A stretch of DNA of 64,000 nt, from assembly GCA_023248155.1 (NCBI GenBank), contig JAHFFE010000001.1, positions 314,603-378,602 on the forward strand. Direction: 5' to 3'. The notes beneath the pieces were generated by a model. That model saw only the letters and a list, made by a program, of their open reading frames with translations. It had not been told where the DNA came from and searched no databases. Below, piece by piece: positions 1 to 12,451 of the stretch. Within the stretch, counting starts at the first letter, position 1. Each line of letters begins with the position of its first letter. Both the position numbers and the translations under genes were made by a program. Source of the stretch: Candidatus Omnitrophota bacterium. GTDB lineage: Bacteria; Omnitrophota; Gorgyraeia; 1-14-0-20-64-10.

Positions 1-3000
1 CCGCCCGCCGGACCTGACCAGCAGTTTGAGCGCAGTACGGTTGCCGCCGAATTAATACGGGTGTTGGGGCTTCCTAACGGAGAAGGGTATCCGCTGTTTA
101 TTGCCTTGATGCAGAAGATGGCGTTGCTTACTACGCCACAGTACGGGAACTTGACGCCGCTTTTGGGTACCCAAACGGAGTGGGGCAATGATATACCGCC
201 CAGCGTTGTCACGGCTGATCTTTCCCGCATCTTCAGCGATCTGGTCCGGTTTCGTTGGGATTTAAAACCTAAATTGTATGACTGGCTGGTCCGTCTCGCG
301 TTATCGAAAGAACTGGACTCGGCCGCCATTCAACTGGCCGTCGATATTTTGCGCAGTGCCGAAGTCGGTGAGATTGTTTTGGTCGGTTTGCAATCGGCCT
401 ATTCTTCCAATACCGGCGGCATGGGACCCTATACGCTGGAGTTAACCCGCGGCCTGGCGAAAATGGGCATTAATGTCACGGTGATCGTTCCGATGTTTCA
501 GGAAAATAAAACAAAAATTTTGGCCGGACGATATCCGCGAGATACGGGCCGGTCGGTGACGGTGCCGTTTGTGGGAGGCGAGCAGGCGGTACTGCGTCTT
601 TACGAAGCCCGCTCAGAAGAAGGCGTCCGCGTAATCTATTTCGAGAACGACCGCTACTTCCAGAAACTTGCCAAGCGGCCGAACGAACCGGAAGGCGCCG
701 GGGTGTATGGTTCATCGGGTCCGTTTCAATTGAGGGTGGCGCGCGTACTGTCGCTGGGCGCTTTGCTGGCCATCCGGGAACTGCGCATCCATCCGAGTGT
801 TATCCAAACGAACGACGATCACTCGGGTCTTTTGGCGATGTACCTGCGGCAGGGTGAACGGGATGATGCCCATCCCGATACGCGCGGTGACGATGTCGAT
901 ATCAATATCCGGTTTTCGAACGATCCGTCATTGAATCAGACCCGTGTTGTTCATGTGATTCACGCGCTGACTGATGGGTACAACCTCGAGGTGAATGTCC
1001 CCACAGCACAGTGGCAGGATATTGTTCTGCATGATTTGGGCCGCGACTGGCATTTGCGTGATCTCGACAGCTTGAACCATCCGGCCTGGTCCAGCGGAAC
1101 TGAAAAGACAATCAGCCCGCTGCACGCGGCTATTGTCCACGCCGACGAAGTCCTTACCGTCAGCGGCGGGTTTTATAAGGACAGTTTGACTCAGCCCGGC
1201 CGGTTCCATGGGTTTACCTCCGTGTTGCAGTGGAAAGCCGAGCAGGGCGCCTATCATTTTGTTCCGAACGGCTTTGACACGATCGGGCTGCAAAGGCATT
1301 ATTTCCCGGAATTGCCGCAAACATTTCTTGAAATGGGCGTTGAGGCCGGCCGGCGTTGGTGGGCATGGCACCGCCTTTTCTATAATTTTGACGGCCAGGG
1401 AATACCGGTGGTTAATCGAGGCCTCGGGCTTGTGTCTCTTCGAAAGCGAGCGTTGCAAGAAGCGTTTAATTTCCCGCAGGATGGTCCCGGTGTCGACGCG
1501 TTTCTTTATTCCACGCTGGCGCGCGTGGAAGAGGTGAAAGGTCACCATCTTTTGACGGCGCCAATCTGGTCTGTGAATCATCCTGAAGAGATCAGTTATT
1601 ATCAGGGCGATCATCACGGTTATAAAGAAAAACCGTTTATGTTTGAAGGCCATAAGAATGAGCCGGTCTCGGATGAAAATCAGAAAAAACTGACGGCCTA
1701 CGCTCGTCGCCGGGGACTGGAAAGCTTGAGCGCGCTGGAAGTGGCGTTGATTTTAATGCCGAATCTACAAGTGCTGATCGCCGGTCCGGCCGATCTTTCG
1801 GCGAACAATCTCAACGGAGAAATCGCGCGTGATCTGCAAGCGATTCAACAGCGGTTCGCCGCAGATGAGCCGAGCCGCAGGCATTTTGCTTTTTATCCGC
1901 GGGGCGTTTACAAGGGACGCGATGCCGCCTATAACCTGATCTATACCGGCTCCACTGTTTTTGGCATGCCGTCCAAATCAGAATCGTTCGGACTGGCGGC
2001 GCTCGAGGCGATGGCCGGCGGCGTGCCGACGCTGCAAAGCAATCGCGGCGGGCTTCGGGATATGGCGGTTCATTTGCAGAGGATACAATCCGATTTTGAG
2101 ACCTACCACCCCATCTCATGGCTGATGCATTTGAGCCATTATTACGATGCTTATTACGGTGACCGTGATTTGTGGGATGAGTTCCGCTATTGGTCGGTGG
2201 CCGAACGCGATTTTCGCGGCCAGCCGCGCGGGTACCGGAATGTTTACCGGACGATGTGGCAGAGAGTGCTTCATGGCGGAACGATTCCCGACGCGCATGG
2301 CGAGTGGGATGTGGAGCTTCCGGTTTTTGAAATGTCCGCGGCAATCAACCGCTCTATCTCTGCCAGAAAATCACACTCCGCGGATGAATTGAAAGCAGCC
2401 GGGTTTTCCGTTCAGGACGCGAATAACGCGTTGGTTGTGGCGATCCGTGATTCGGTCCGGCCGGATTTTCTACATACGGTGATTGATCGTTTCTTGCCGA
2501 CGCTGGCCCGTATTCCGGACCCGAAGCTTCAGAGCGATTTGCTGAATAGAATAAATACTGCGATTGACAGCGCGGATATCGCCGGAAATTCAGATGCTAA
2601 AGGAAGATTGATTTGGGCCAAAACCAACTATTGGAAAGCGGTTGGTCAAGCCGGTGCGGAAGAATCGATTGCCGAGGCGCCGAAACAGACGCGCGCGGTG
2701 CTGGCCGAGTTCTCACCCAGCGCTATCAGCCGCCGGCAGATCCACATTTTTGATCCGATCAATGCCGATCTGGGACTTTTGGTCAGCGCCATTCAGAAAG
2801 ATCCCGTCGTGATTATCGCCGAAAATGAAACCCAGGAGCGGGCGATTCATCAATCCGGCTTTTTGGGAATGACTGTCAACCAGGAGTTATATCCTGATTT
2901 GCCGGCGGCGCGGGAAGCAGCTCTTGTACTGGTCAGGGATAACCTGGAATTTTCCGGTTTCTCGCCGTTTTATTACACGGCCGAGCAGCGCGCTTCCTGG

Positions 3001-3105
3001 AAAATCTGGCTGGCCGGTATTTTGGAACATTACGAAATTACCGCGTTAAGCCTTGATCAAGCGGCCCAGATCGTCGAATCACTTGCCACTCTTCAGTCCG
3101 CCTAA
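1..3105 (+). CDS. 5'-truncated GxEE-family protein: glycogen/starch synthase-like glycosyltransferase (GT-B), then AGAEE, then a C-terminal domain ending LQSA
   Basis: Frame is open from base 1. GlgA-like motifs: NTGGMG (cf. KTGGLG), QTNDDHSG (cf. HCHDWH), LTVSGGFY, VPNGFD, ARVEEVKG, MPSKSESFGLAALEAM. GAEE codons at 2653-2664. Confidence 0.8.
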   Translation, partial: PPAGPDQQFERSTVAAELIRVLGLPNGEGYPLFIALMQKMALLTTPQYGNLTPLLGTQTEWGNDIPPSVVTADLSRIFSDLVRFRWDLKPKLYDWLVRLALSKELDSAAIQLAVDILRSAEVGEIVLVGLQSAYSSNTGGMGPYTLELTRGLAKMGINVTVIVPMFQENKTKILAGRYPRDTGRSVTVPFVGGEQAVLRLYEARSEEGVRVIYFENDRYFQKLAKRPNEPEGAGVYGSSGPFQLRVARVLSLGALLAIRELRIHPSVIQTNDDHSGLLAMYLRQGERDDAHPDTRGDDVDINIRFSNDPSLNQTRVVHVIHALTDGYNLEVNVPTAQWQDIVLHDLGRDWHLRDLDSLNHPAWSSGTEKTISPLHAAIVHADEVLTVSGGFYKDSLTQPGRFHGFTSVLQWKAEQGAYHFVPNGFDTIGLQRHYFPELPQTFLEMGVEAGRRWWAWHRLFYNFDGQGIPVVNRGLGLVSLRKRALQEAFNFPQDGPGVDAFLYSTLARVEEVKGHHLLTAPIWSVNHPEEISYYQGDHHGYKEKPFMFEGHKNEPVSDENQKKLTAYARRRGLESLSALEVALILMPNLQVLIAGPADLSANNLNGEIARDLQAIQQRFAADEPSRRHFAFYPRGVYKGRDAAYNLIYTGSTVFGMPSKSESFGLAALEAMAGGVPTLQSNRGGLRDMAVHLQRIQSDFETYHPISWLMHLSHYYDAYYGDRDLWDEFRYWSVAERDFRGQPRGYRNVYRTMWQRVLHGGTIPDAHGEWDVELPVFEMSAAINRSISARKSHSADELKAAGFSVQDANNALVVAIRDSVRPDFLHTVIDRFLPTLARIPDPKLQSDLLNRINTAIDSADIAGNSDAKGRLIWAKTNYWKAVGQAGAEESIAEAPKQTRAVLAEFSPSAISRRQIHIFDPINADLGLLVSAIQKDPVVIIAENETQERAIHQSGFLGMTVNQELYPDLPAAREAALVLVRDNLEFSGFSPFYYTAEQRASWKIWLAGILEHYEITALSLDQAAQIVESLATLQSA

Positions 3106-3151
3106 TTGTTCGAGCGCCGCACAGGGGTGTTGCTCCCGCACCGTTCGTCTC

Positions 3152-3312
3152 AGGCGTCTTCGGGTCCTGCCGCTCGGGGACACTCTCCGCCGTCCGTGCT
3201 CGCTTCGCTGCGCGCGTGGCGGCGAAGGCCTCTCCCGCCCGCGTCACCCGAAGACGCCTTAGCTATCAGTCGGAAGAGGCAGTTCGGGATATGGGGCAAG
3301 TGGACCTTGGCG
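3152..3312. repeat. Intergenic hairpin repeat (REP/MITE-like), copy 1
   Basis: 3158-3253 is identical to 57651-57746 (96 bp) and 3285-3312 to 57770-57797 (28 bp). Closed by inverted repeat aggcgtcttcgggt/acccgaagacgcct. Confidence 0.9.
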
Positions 3313-3348
3313 TAGACGGCAAACGCCCTCATTTGTTACAATAAAAGG

Positions 3349-4344
3349 ATGGATCGTTTGACGCGCCAACGGGTTAAGGAAATTTTACAGCGGATGAGCC
3401 GCGCCCGCCTGATGGTCATCGGAGATTTGATCCTCGACGAATTTATCTGGGGAAAAGTCGATCGGATCTCGCCCGAGGCGCCCGTTCCGGTGGTTCGCGT
3501 TGAGCGCGAATCGTTGATGCCCGGCGGCGCGGCCAATGTCGCCAGCAATGTGCAAACGCTCGGCGGCACCGCCTGCCTCATCGGCCTTGTCGGCCAGGAC
3601 GACGGCGGCCGGCGCTTGAAAACGGAACTGACCGCGCTGGGCATTCCCACCGATTCCATCGTCACCGATCCCGATCGTCCGACCATTTCCAAAACGCGCG
3701 TCGTGGCCCATCATCAGCAAGTAGTGCGCATTGACCGCGAACAAGATGAAAAAGTCTCCGGCGCTGCATTACAAGCCATCCTCGAACAGATCCGTGAGCG
3801 GATCATGCAGGTCGATGGAATCATTATTGAAGATTACGGCAAGGGACTCATTCATCCGCAGCTGCTCAAGCCGGTCGTCGCGTTGGCCAAAAAACACAAA
3901 AAAATCATCACCGTCGACCCGAAAGAAGAGCACATCGCCTATTACCGCGGCGTGACGGCGCTCACCCCGAACCGCAGCGAAGCGGCGGCGGCTTCCGGAT
4001 GTCCGATTACCGATGACGTCAGTTTGAATCGTGCGGCCGGCATTCTGCTGAAGAAACTCAAGCCGGAACTTTTATTGGTGACGCTCAGCGAAGACGGCAT
4101 GGCTCTCTTTTTTGGAAACGGCAAGAAACCGGTGAGAATCCCAACGGTGGCGCGCGAAGTATTTGATGTGTCGGGTGCCGGCGACACCGTGATTGCCGCG
4201 TTTACGCTGGCACGCGCGGCGGGCGCTTCATTTTTGGAAGCGGCGCAATTAGCCAACGCGGCGGCCGGCGTGGTGGTTGGAAAAGTGGGAACGGCGACCT
4301 GTTCGCCGAAAGAACTGGAAGCGCGGATTTTTGGGAAAAGATAG
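3349..4344 (+). CDS. rfaE1: D-glycero-beta-D-manno-heptose-7-phosphate kinase (HldA/RfaE domain I)
   Basis: GDLILDEFIWGKVDRISPEAPVPVV, GGAANVA, DYGKG, VFDVSGAGDTV, GKVGTA. Confidence 0.95.
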   Translation: MDRLTRQRVKEILQRMSRARLMVIGDLILDEFIWGKVDRISPEAPVPVVRVERESLMPGGAANVASNVQTLGGTACLIGLVGQDDGGRRLKTELTALGIPTDSIVTDPDRPTISKTRVVAHHQQVVRIDREQDEKVSGAALQAILEQIRERIMQVDGIIIEDYGKGLIHPQLLKPVVALAKKHKKIITVDPKEEHIAYYRGVTALTPNRSEAAAASGCPITDDVSLNRAAGILLKKLKPELLLVTLSEDGMALFFGNGKKPVRIPTVAREVFDVSGAGDTVIAAFTLARAAGASFLEAAQLANAAAGVVVGKVGTATCSPKELEARIFGKR

Positions 4345-4367
4345 AACCATCATTACAAAACTGAGTG

Positions 4368-4433
4368 GTCATCCTGAGAGGGTAGTTGCTCAGGATCCTG
4401 AAAGATTCCGAGCAGGTGCGATCTCGGAATGAC
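4368..4433. repeat. REP-like GTCATCCTGAG...GAATGAC palindromic element
   Basis: atcctgag/ctcaggat and attccgag/ctcggaat hairpins. Same family recurs at 22638-22724. Confidence 0.75.
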
Positions 4434-4444
4434 AGTCGGAGCGT

Positions 4445-7646
<3,202 letters not shown>

Positions 7647-7729
7647 CCGAAGAACAGAAACTTGCTGTGATTACCCCAATCCGGATAGTGTGCTCGCTGA
7701 GGACAATCGCTGAAATGAAAGGACGAGAT

Positions 7730-7763
7730 TTTGTTAGACATTATGTCTAACAAATGTTATACT
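7730..7763 (+). promoter_or_regulatory. Sigma70 promoter with palindromic operator of the TA operon
   Basis: Perfect 12-bp arms tttgttagacat-t-atgtctaacaaa (7730-7754) overlap -35 TAGACA (7735). 17-bp spacer, then TG-n-TATACT (7758). RBS GGAGGT follows. Confidence 0.85.
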
Positions 7764-7781
7764 TCTTTCGGAGGTGATTAA

Positions 7782-8012
7782 ATGAAAGCCGTGAATATCC
7801 GAGAACTCACGCACCACTTTTCCAGCTATCTTAGGGTTGTAAAGCGGGGTGGACGGATCGTAGTGATGGATCGAAGTTCGCCGGTGGCGGATATCGTTCC
7901 GCATAATGAAAATGTCCAAAAACCGGCATGGAAACGGCCCATTCAGAAAATCCGCGTAAAAGGGGAAACGCTTTCTCAAACAACCGTGCGACTCAGGGCT
8001 GAAGAAAGGTGA
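7782..8012 (+). CDS. Phd/YefM-family antitoxin
   Basis: MKAVNIRELTHHFSSYLRVVKRGGRIVVMDRSSPVADIVP is the typical Phd N-terminus. Overlaps a PIN toxin gene. Confidence 0.88.
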   Translation: MKAVNIRELTHHFSSYLRVVKRGGRIVVMDRSSPVADIVPHNENVQKPAWKRPIQKIRVKGETLSQTTVRLRAEER

Positions 8013-8425
8013 GGGCGTTTATTGATACTTCATCGCTTTTCAAAAAATATGTAGAGGAAAGCGGATCGGAAGAGATGGATAAAATGCTGGATAAAATTTC
8101 CGAAATCACGGTTTCGCCGACTGCTTGGGTTGAATTTAATTCGGTGGCTTCCCGATCCCTGCGCGAAAAAAGAATGACATCGCAAAATTTTTCGCAGTTG
8201 TTATCAGAGGCGAAAAGGGATTTTCAATCTTATTCCAAGGTGATTTGGAGCGAGACGTTGGAAACCATCGCAGCCGAGTTGACTCATCGTTGTTCTCTTT
8301 CCACGCTGGATGCGATTCAACTTGCGTCAGGGCTTCTTTCGAAGTCGGATCTTTTTGTGACATCAGATCAAAGATTGTTTAGCGAGGCGCGAAAAACCAT
8401 TAAAGCAGTGCGTTTTATCGGATGA
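8009..8425 (+). CDS. vapC: VapC PIN-domain toxin
   Basis: FIDTSSLFKKY, TLDAIQLAS, FVTSDQRL. Confidence 0.9.
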   Translation: MRAFIDTSSLFKKYVEESGSEEMDKMLDKISEITVSPTAWVEFNSVASRSLREKRMTSQNFSQLLSEAKRDFQSYSKVIWSETLETIAAELTHRCSLSTLDAIQLASGLLSKSDLFVTSDQRLFSEARKTIKAVRFIG

Positions 8426-9396
8426 AAAAAACCGTCTCTGCGCTGAACGAAGGCAAGCGCGTTTTGCGCGTCGAAGAAAAAGCAGTCGGCCTGCTGGCCC
8501 GCCGGCTGGATCGTTCGTTCGAGAAAGCGGTCGATCTGATGAGCCGTTGTTCCGGCCGGATCGTGCTGACCGGCATGGGCAAGCCCGGCTTCATCGGCCA
8601 GAAAATCTCGGCCACATTGTCATCGCTTGGAATTCCGTCGATCTGGCTGCACCCGGCCGAGGCCGCGCACGGCGATCTGGGCCGTGTGACGCCGCAGGAT
8701 GCTGTGGTAGCACTCTCGCATTCCGGCGAGACCGCCGAAATCATTCATTTACTTCCGGTCATCAAGCGTCTGGGCGCCAAAATTATCGCGATCACGGCCA
8801 ACCCGCGCTCGAAAATGGCGCAGCAGTCGGATGTGGTGCTCAACACGCACGCTACGAAAGAAGCGGTGTCGTGGGGACTGGTGCCGACGGCTTCCACAAC
8901 GGCGATGCTGGCGCTCGGTGACGCGCTGGCCGTTGTGCTGGCCGGCAAGCGCGGGTTCACGCAAAAAGATTTCGCGGTGCTGCATCCGGGCGGATCGCTG
9001 GGCAGAAAATTGACGTTGCGCGTCGAGGATTTGATGCGGCAGGGCAATAATAATCCGGTGGTCAAATCATCGGACCCGGTCAAAAAAGTTTTGCTGCGGA
9101 TTACGCGCGCGCGGGCCGGGTCGGCCAGCGTGGTCGATGCGCGCGGCCGGCTGCTCGGCATTTTTACCGACGGCGATTTGCGGCGCCACCTGAAAAACGA
9201 TTCGCAGATTTTAAGCCGCCGGGTTGCATCGGTGATGACGCGTAATCCGAAGTCGCTGCCGGTGGGGCATATGGCGGCCGAGGCGCTTAAATTATTACAG
9301 CAGTATCATATCGACGAAATTCCAATCGTGGATAAGAAGAAAAAACCGGTCGGCCTGCTGGATATCCAGGATCTCCTGAAGGCCGGCCTTGTTTAG
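8422..9396 (+). CDS. kdsD: Arabinose-5-phosphate isomerase (KpsF/GutQ, SIS plus CBS domains)
   Basis: TGMGK, LHPAEAAHGDLG, SGET, PTASTTAMLALGDALA, HPGGSLG, GIFTDGDLRR. Confidence 0.96.
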   Translation: MKKTVSALNEGKRVLRVEEKAVGLLARRLDRSFEKAVDLMSRCSGRIVLTGMGKPGFIGQKISATLSSLGIPSIWLHPAEAAHGDLGRVTPQDAVVALSHSGETAEIIHLLPVIKRLGAKIIAITANPRSKMAQQSDVVLNTHATKEAVSWGLVPTASTTAMLALGDALAVVLAGKRGFTQKDFAVLHPGGSLGRKLTLRVEDLMRQGNNNPVVKSSDPVKKVLLRITRARAGSASVVDARGRLLGIFTDGDLRRHLKNDSQILSRRVASVMTRNPKSLPVGHMAAEALKLLQQYHIDEIPIVDKKKKPVGLLDIQDLLKAGLV

Positions 9397-9406
9397 GAGC
9401 GTGACG

Positions 9407-9583
9407 ATGATGGTGCGCAAGTTAAAACCAAAAACGAAAGTTGCCGAAAAATCTGTTCCGCATGAATTGATCGCGCAGCGTGCCTATGAAAAATTCGTTC
9501 GCCGCGGCGGGCAGCATGGCCGGCACGCGCAGGACTGGCTGGAGGCCGAACGCGAACTGAAGTCCGAATGGTCCGAAGAATAA
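9407..9583 (+). CDS. DUF2934-like small protein
   Basis: IAQRAYE...RRGG..G....DWLEAEREL signature. AGGAG upstream; start uncertain. Confidence 0.75.
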   Translation: MMVRKLKPKTKVAEKSVPHELIAQRAYEKFVRRGGQHGRHAQDWLEAERELKSEWSEE

Positions 9584-10122
9584 AAAAAGAAACCGCCTCC
9601 GGCATTACGCGCCGCGCGCGGCGGATCCGTCTGCTGATTGTAGACGTTGACGGCGTGATGACCGACGGCAGGATGATCGTCGATTCCAACGGCACCGAAA
9701 TCAAACTGTTTGATGTCAAAGACGGGCTGGGGCTGGTTTTTGCCCGTCAGGCCGGTTTGAAAACCGCGATTATTACGGCGGAACGGACGCCGGTGGTTTC
9801 GAATCGGGCGCGCCGCCTTAAAATCGGATGGGTGGCCCAGGGCGCCAAAGATAAATCGGAGGCGCTGGACCGCTGCCTGAAATTTTTCCGGATGACCGAA
9901 GCGGAGACCGCTTACATCGGAGACGATCTTCTCGACGGGCCGGTGCTGGTTCGCGTCGGGCTTTCGGCGGCCGTGGCCGATGCGCGGCCTGAAATCAAAA
10001 ACTGCGTTCATTGGGTCGCGCGCGCGCGCGGCGGCCGCGGGGCTGTGCGCGAATTTACGGAATTGATCCTGCGCGCGCAGGGGAAATGGACGCCGATCGT
10101 GAAAAGGTATCTGCGGTCCTGA
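9568..10122 (+). CDS. kdsC: KDO 8-phosphate phosphatase (HAD)
   Basis: DVDGVMTDG, FDVKDGLG, YIGDDLLD, GGRGAVRE. Confidence 0.95.
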   Translation: MVRRIKKETASGITRRARRIRLLIVDVDGVMTDGRMIVDSNGTEIKLFDVKDGLGLVFARQAGLKTAIITAERTPVVSNRARRLKIGWVAQGAKDKSEALDRCLKFFRMTEAETAYIGDDLLDGPVLVRVGLSAAVADARPEIKNCVHWVARARGGRGAVREFTELILRAQGKWTPIVKRYLRS

Positions 10123-10619
10123 TGAGCAACGGCATCGCCGGAAAACATCGCCGCAACGGCGGATGGCTGCTGGCCATTTTGCTGCTGGCCTATTTTTTGC
10201 TGAAACTTCAGGCGTGGAACTATTCGCGCGGCGCGCAAGAGCTGGAGCGGGAACTGAACAGTCTGCGTCCCGCGCTTTCTTCGGTCGCGTTGCAGGAACA
10301 TTTGCAGAGTGACAAGCAGGAATATCTGCGCCTGTTTGAGCAAGTCCGCCGCAAGCGGGTTCCCGCCGAATCGATGTTCCGGCATTTTTCGCATACGCTT
10401 CCTCCGTCGATCGCGCTGCGCCAGTGCGTGCTGTTTTCCCCGTCGGAATTTTCCATTTCCGGCGATTTTTATCCGGGCATTCGTGAACCGGAAGAAGCGC
10501 TGATCACCTGGCTTTCGCCGTTTCAATCCGATGACATGCAAATCCGGATCCGGTCAATCGGTCCGTTGGCGGATGGTTCCAGCCGGTGGCGTTTTGAGCT
10601 CGAGGTGAAAAATGCTTGA
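10122..10619 (+). CDS. PilN-like membrane-anchored protein
   Basis: N-terminal TM, coiled coil, then LPPSIAL..., ISG and terminal FELEV strand. TGATG overlap with kdsC. Confidence 0.5.
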   Translation: MSNGIAGKHRRNGGWLLAILLLAYFLLKLQAWNYSRGAQELERELNSLRPALSSVALQEHLQSDKQEYLRLFEQVRRKRVPAESMFRHFSHTLPPSIALRQCVLFSPSEFSISGDFYPGIREPEEALITWLSPFQSDDMQIRIRSIGPLADGSSRWRFELEVKNA

Positions 10620-11523
10620 GCTGGGCCATCGCGAAAAACATCTTTTGGGCGCGGTCTGGCTTCAGGTGGCGTTGATCGGATTGATTGTTTTTGCTTATAC
10701 GCAGGCGGTCCGCCAGCTCAATTACCAAAAAGAACGGCAAATCCGTTTGCAGGAACAGCTGGTGATGGCGCGCGAACAGGTTTCCAAGCAGGCTGCTGCG
10801 CCACAGAATCTGGAAGCGCTTCAGGATGAAGTTTCCGATTTGCGCAGCCAGATGAGTCTGCTCGAAGAATTGCCGGAGATTGGCCGGCGCGTGAAAGAGT
10901 TGGGTGAGAAAAAATACGGGCTTTCGATGTTGCGCATGAAAGAAGGCGACAGCCCCGTCGGGACGCTCGATTTTCCGCTGCAGGACCGGCAGAACCAGCG
11001 TATTGATCTCTATCTGCTTGATTGCTGGGGCAAGGGAAGCAGCCGGCAGATTGCCCGGTTCCTGGCGCATCTGAATCATGTGAAGTTCCGTCCGTTAATG
11101 GCGCTGGTTTCGTTGAATTGCAGCGGCTCCGAGGAGAAATCGGAACCGCTCGTCGAATTTACGGCGCAATGGGTCGTTCCGATCTCGTCCGATGCCTCTG
11201 AACGAAAACCACAAACCCCTTTTGAGGACGAAATTTCACTGGAATGGTTTGACCGGCTGGAACCGTTTCGTTCTCCTTTTCAGGATCCTTCGGCTTTTGC
11301 TCAGGATTTGGCCGGTTTTCCGCGCTGGACCGGTCTTCAGCTGCAGGGCGAAATTCCGCTGGCCGAATTGAACAGCCGCTGGGTCAAGCCGGGGGACCGG
11401 CTGGAGGACTGGCGTATCCTCTATATAGGGAAGGAAGGAATATTATTTCAAACTTCGGAAGGCAAAGAACGGTTTCTTCCGGCTTCTGCAATGGCTGTCC
11501 CCGCTTCATCTCAAATTAGTTAG
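10612..11523 (+). CDS. PilO/GspM-like protein with PilP/GspB-like C-terminal beta region
   Basis: N-terminal TM, coiled coil, QIARFLAHL, PFRSP, and LNSRWVKPGD..W.ILYI at the C-terminus. Confidence 0.45.
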   Translation: MLELGHREKHLLGAVWLQVALIGLIVFAYTQAVRQLNYQKERQIRLQEQLVMAREQVSKQAAAPQNLEALQDEVSDLRSQMSLLEELPEIGRRVKELGEKKYGLSMLRMKEGDSPVGTLDFPLQDRQNQRIDLYLLDCWGKGSSRQIARFLAHLNHVKFRPLMALVSLNCSGSEEKSEPLVEFTAQWVVPISSDASERKPQTPFEDEISLEWFDRLEPFRSPFQDPSAFAQDLAGFPRWTGLQLQGEIPLAELNSRWVKPGDRLEDWRILYIGKEGILFQTSEGKERFLPASAMAVPASSQIS

Positions 11524-11553
11524 TCGAGACACAATCCTATAGTCCTCTTTTCG

Positions 11554-11581
11554 TTGACATTTAAGGCAGGTCTGTTAGAGT
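11554..11581 (+). promoter_or_regulatory. Putative sigma70 promoter for the lpt genes
   Basis: TTGACA (11554), 16 bp, TAGAGT. Confidence 0.45.
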
Positions 11582-11593
11582 GAGCTTTCCCTT

Positions 11594-12451
11594 ATGAGCG
11601 TCCTTTCGGGTCAAAAAAAGATTTGGATCACCGGTACGGTGATCTTAATCGGAGCGGGGATCGGCTGGGGATGGAACCGGAAATCTTCGACGGAGAAACC
11701 GGTCATTTCGGCTCCTGATACCCAGGCACCCGGCGGCGATCAAGTTTCTATTTTTACGCTGGTCGGACATACCGAAACCGGACGCCGGAAATGGGAAGTG
11801 CAGGGCGAAACGGCCGATTTGGCGGGGCAGATGGTTCAGCTTTCCCCGGTCAAGGCGATCAGTTACGGCAAGGTTGATATTCAGATCACGGCCAACCGCG
11901 GCCGGTTCCACAAAAAAAGCAAAAATGTTCATTTGCGCGGGAACGTCGTGGCGGTTACTTCCGATGATTCCCGGCTCGAAACCGAAGTTCTCGACTGGAA
12001 CCAGCTCCGTGAATCGGCCACCACGAAGCGGCATGTCAAAGTGCTGCGCGTCGGCATGACGGCCAACGGCACCGGTGCCGTGGCGTACCCCAAACGCAAA
12101 TGGGTGAAGCTCTTTGAGAAGGTGACGGTGACGCTGCGTGATCCAAAAGGCAGCAACACAGTGGTCACCTGCGATGGGTCGATGGAAGTCGACTACGCGC
12201 GCAACAAAGCCCGTTTCTGGAAAAATGTCAAAGTGGCCGACGCTCGGGGAATAATCACTTCCGACCGGCTTGATTTGAATTTGAACCCGAAAACGCACCA
12301 GATGGACCGCGCGATTTTTTCCGGCCGCGTCCGGATTGATCACGGAAACGAAGTGGCGTACGCCAATCAGGTCAATTACTGGCAGCCGCAGGGATATGTT
12401 CGTCTGATCGGGCATCCAAAAATGGTGTTGACCCCGGAGCAGGAACCATGA
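11594..12451 (+). CDS. lptC: LPS export protein LptC, probably fused to an LptA/OstA-like domain
   Basis: N-terminal TM and beta-jellyroll repeats (VHLRGNVV, LETEVLDW, ARFWKNVKV, FSGRVRI, LIGHP). Directly upstream of lptB. Confidence 0.8.
   Translation: MSVLSGQKKIWITGTVILIGAGIGWGWNRKSSTEKPVISAPDTQAPGGDQVSIFTLVGHTETGRRKWEVQGETADLAGQMVQLSPVKAISYGKVDIQITANRGRFHKKSKNVHLRGNVVAVTSDDSRLETEVLDWNQLRESATTKRHVKVLRVGMTANGTGAVAYPKRKWVKLFEKVTVTLRDPKGSNTVVTCDGSMEVDYARNKARFWKNVKVADARGIITSDRLDLNLNPKTHQMDRAIFSGRVRIDHGNEVAYANQVNYWQPQGYVRLIGHPKMVLTPEQEP

Noticed and set aside
3038-3332. Short ORFs here and at 57637-57906 sharing peptide sequence
   Set aside because: They are translations of the non-coding repeat.
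8060-8080. SGSEE in VapC and in the PilO-like protein
   Set aside because: Single occurrences with a different middle residue and none of the family architecture, so likely chance.
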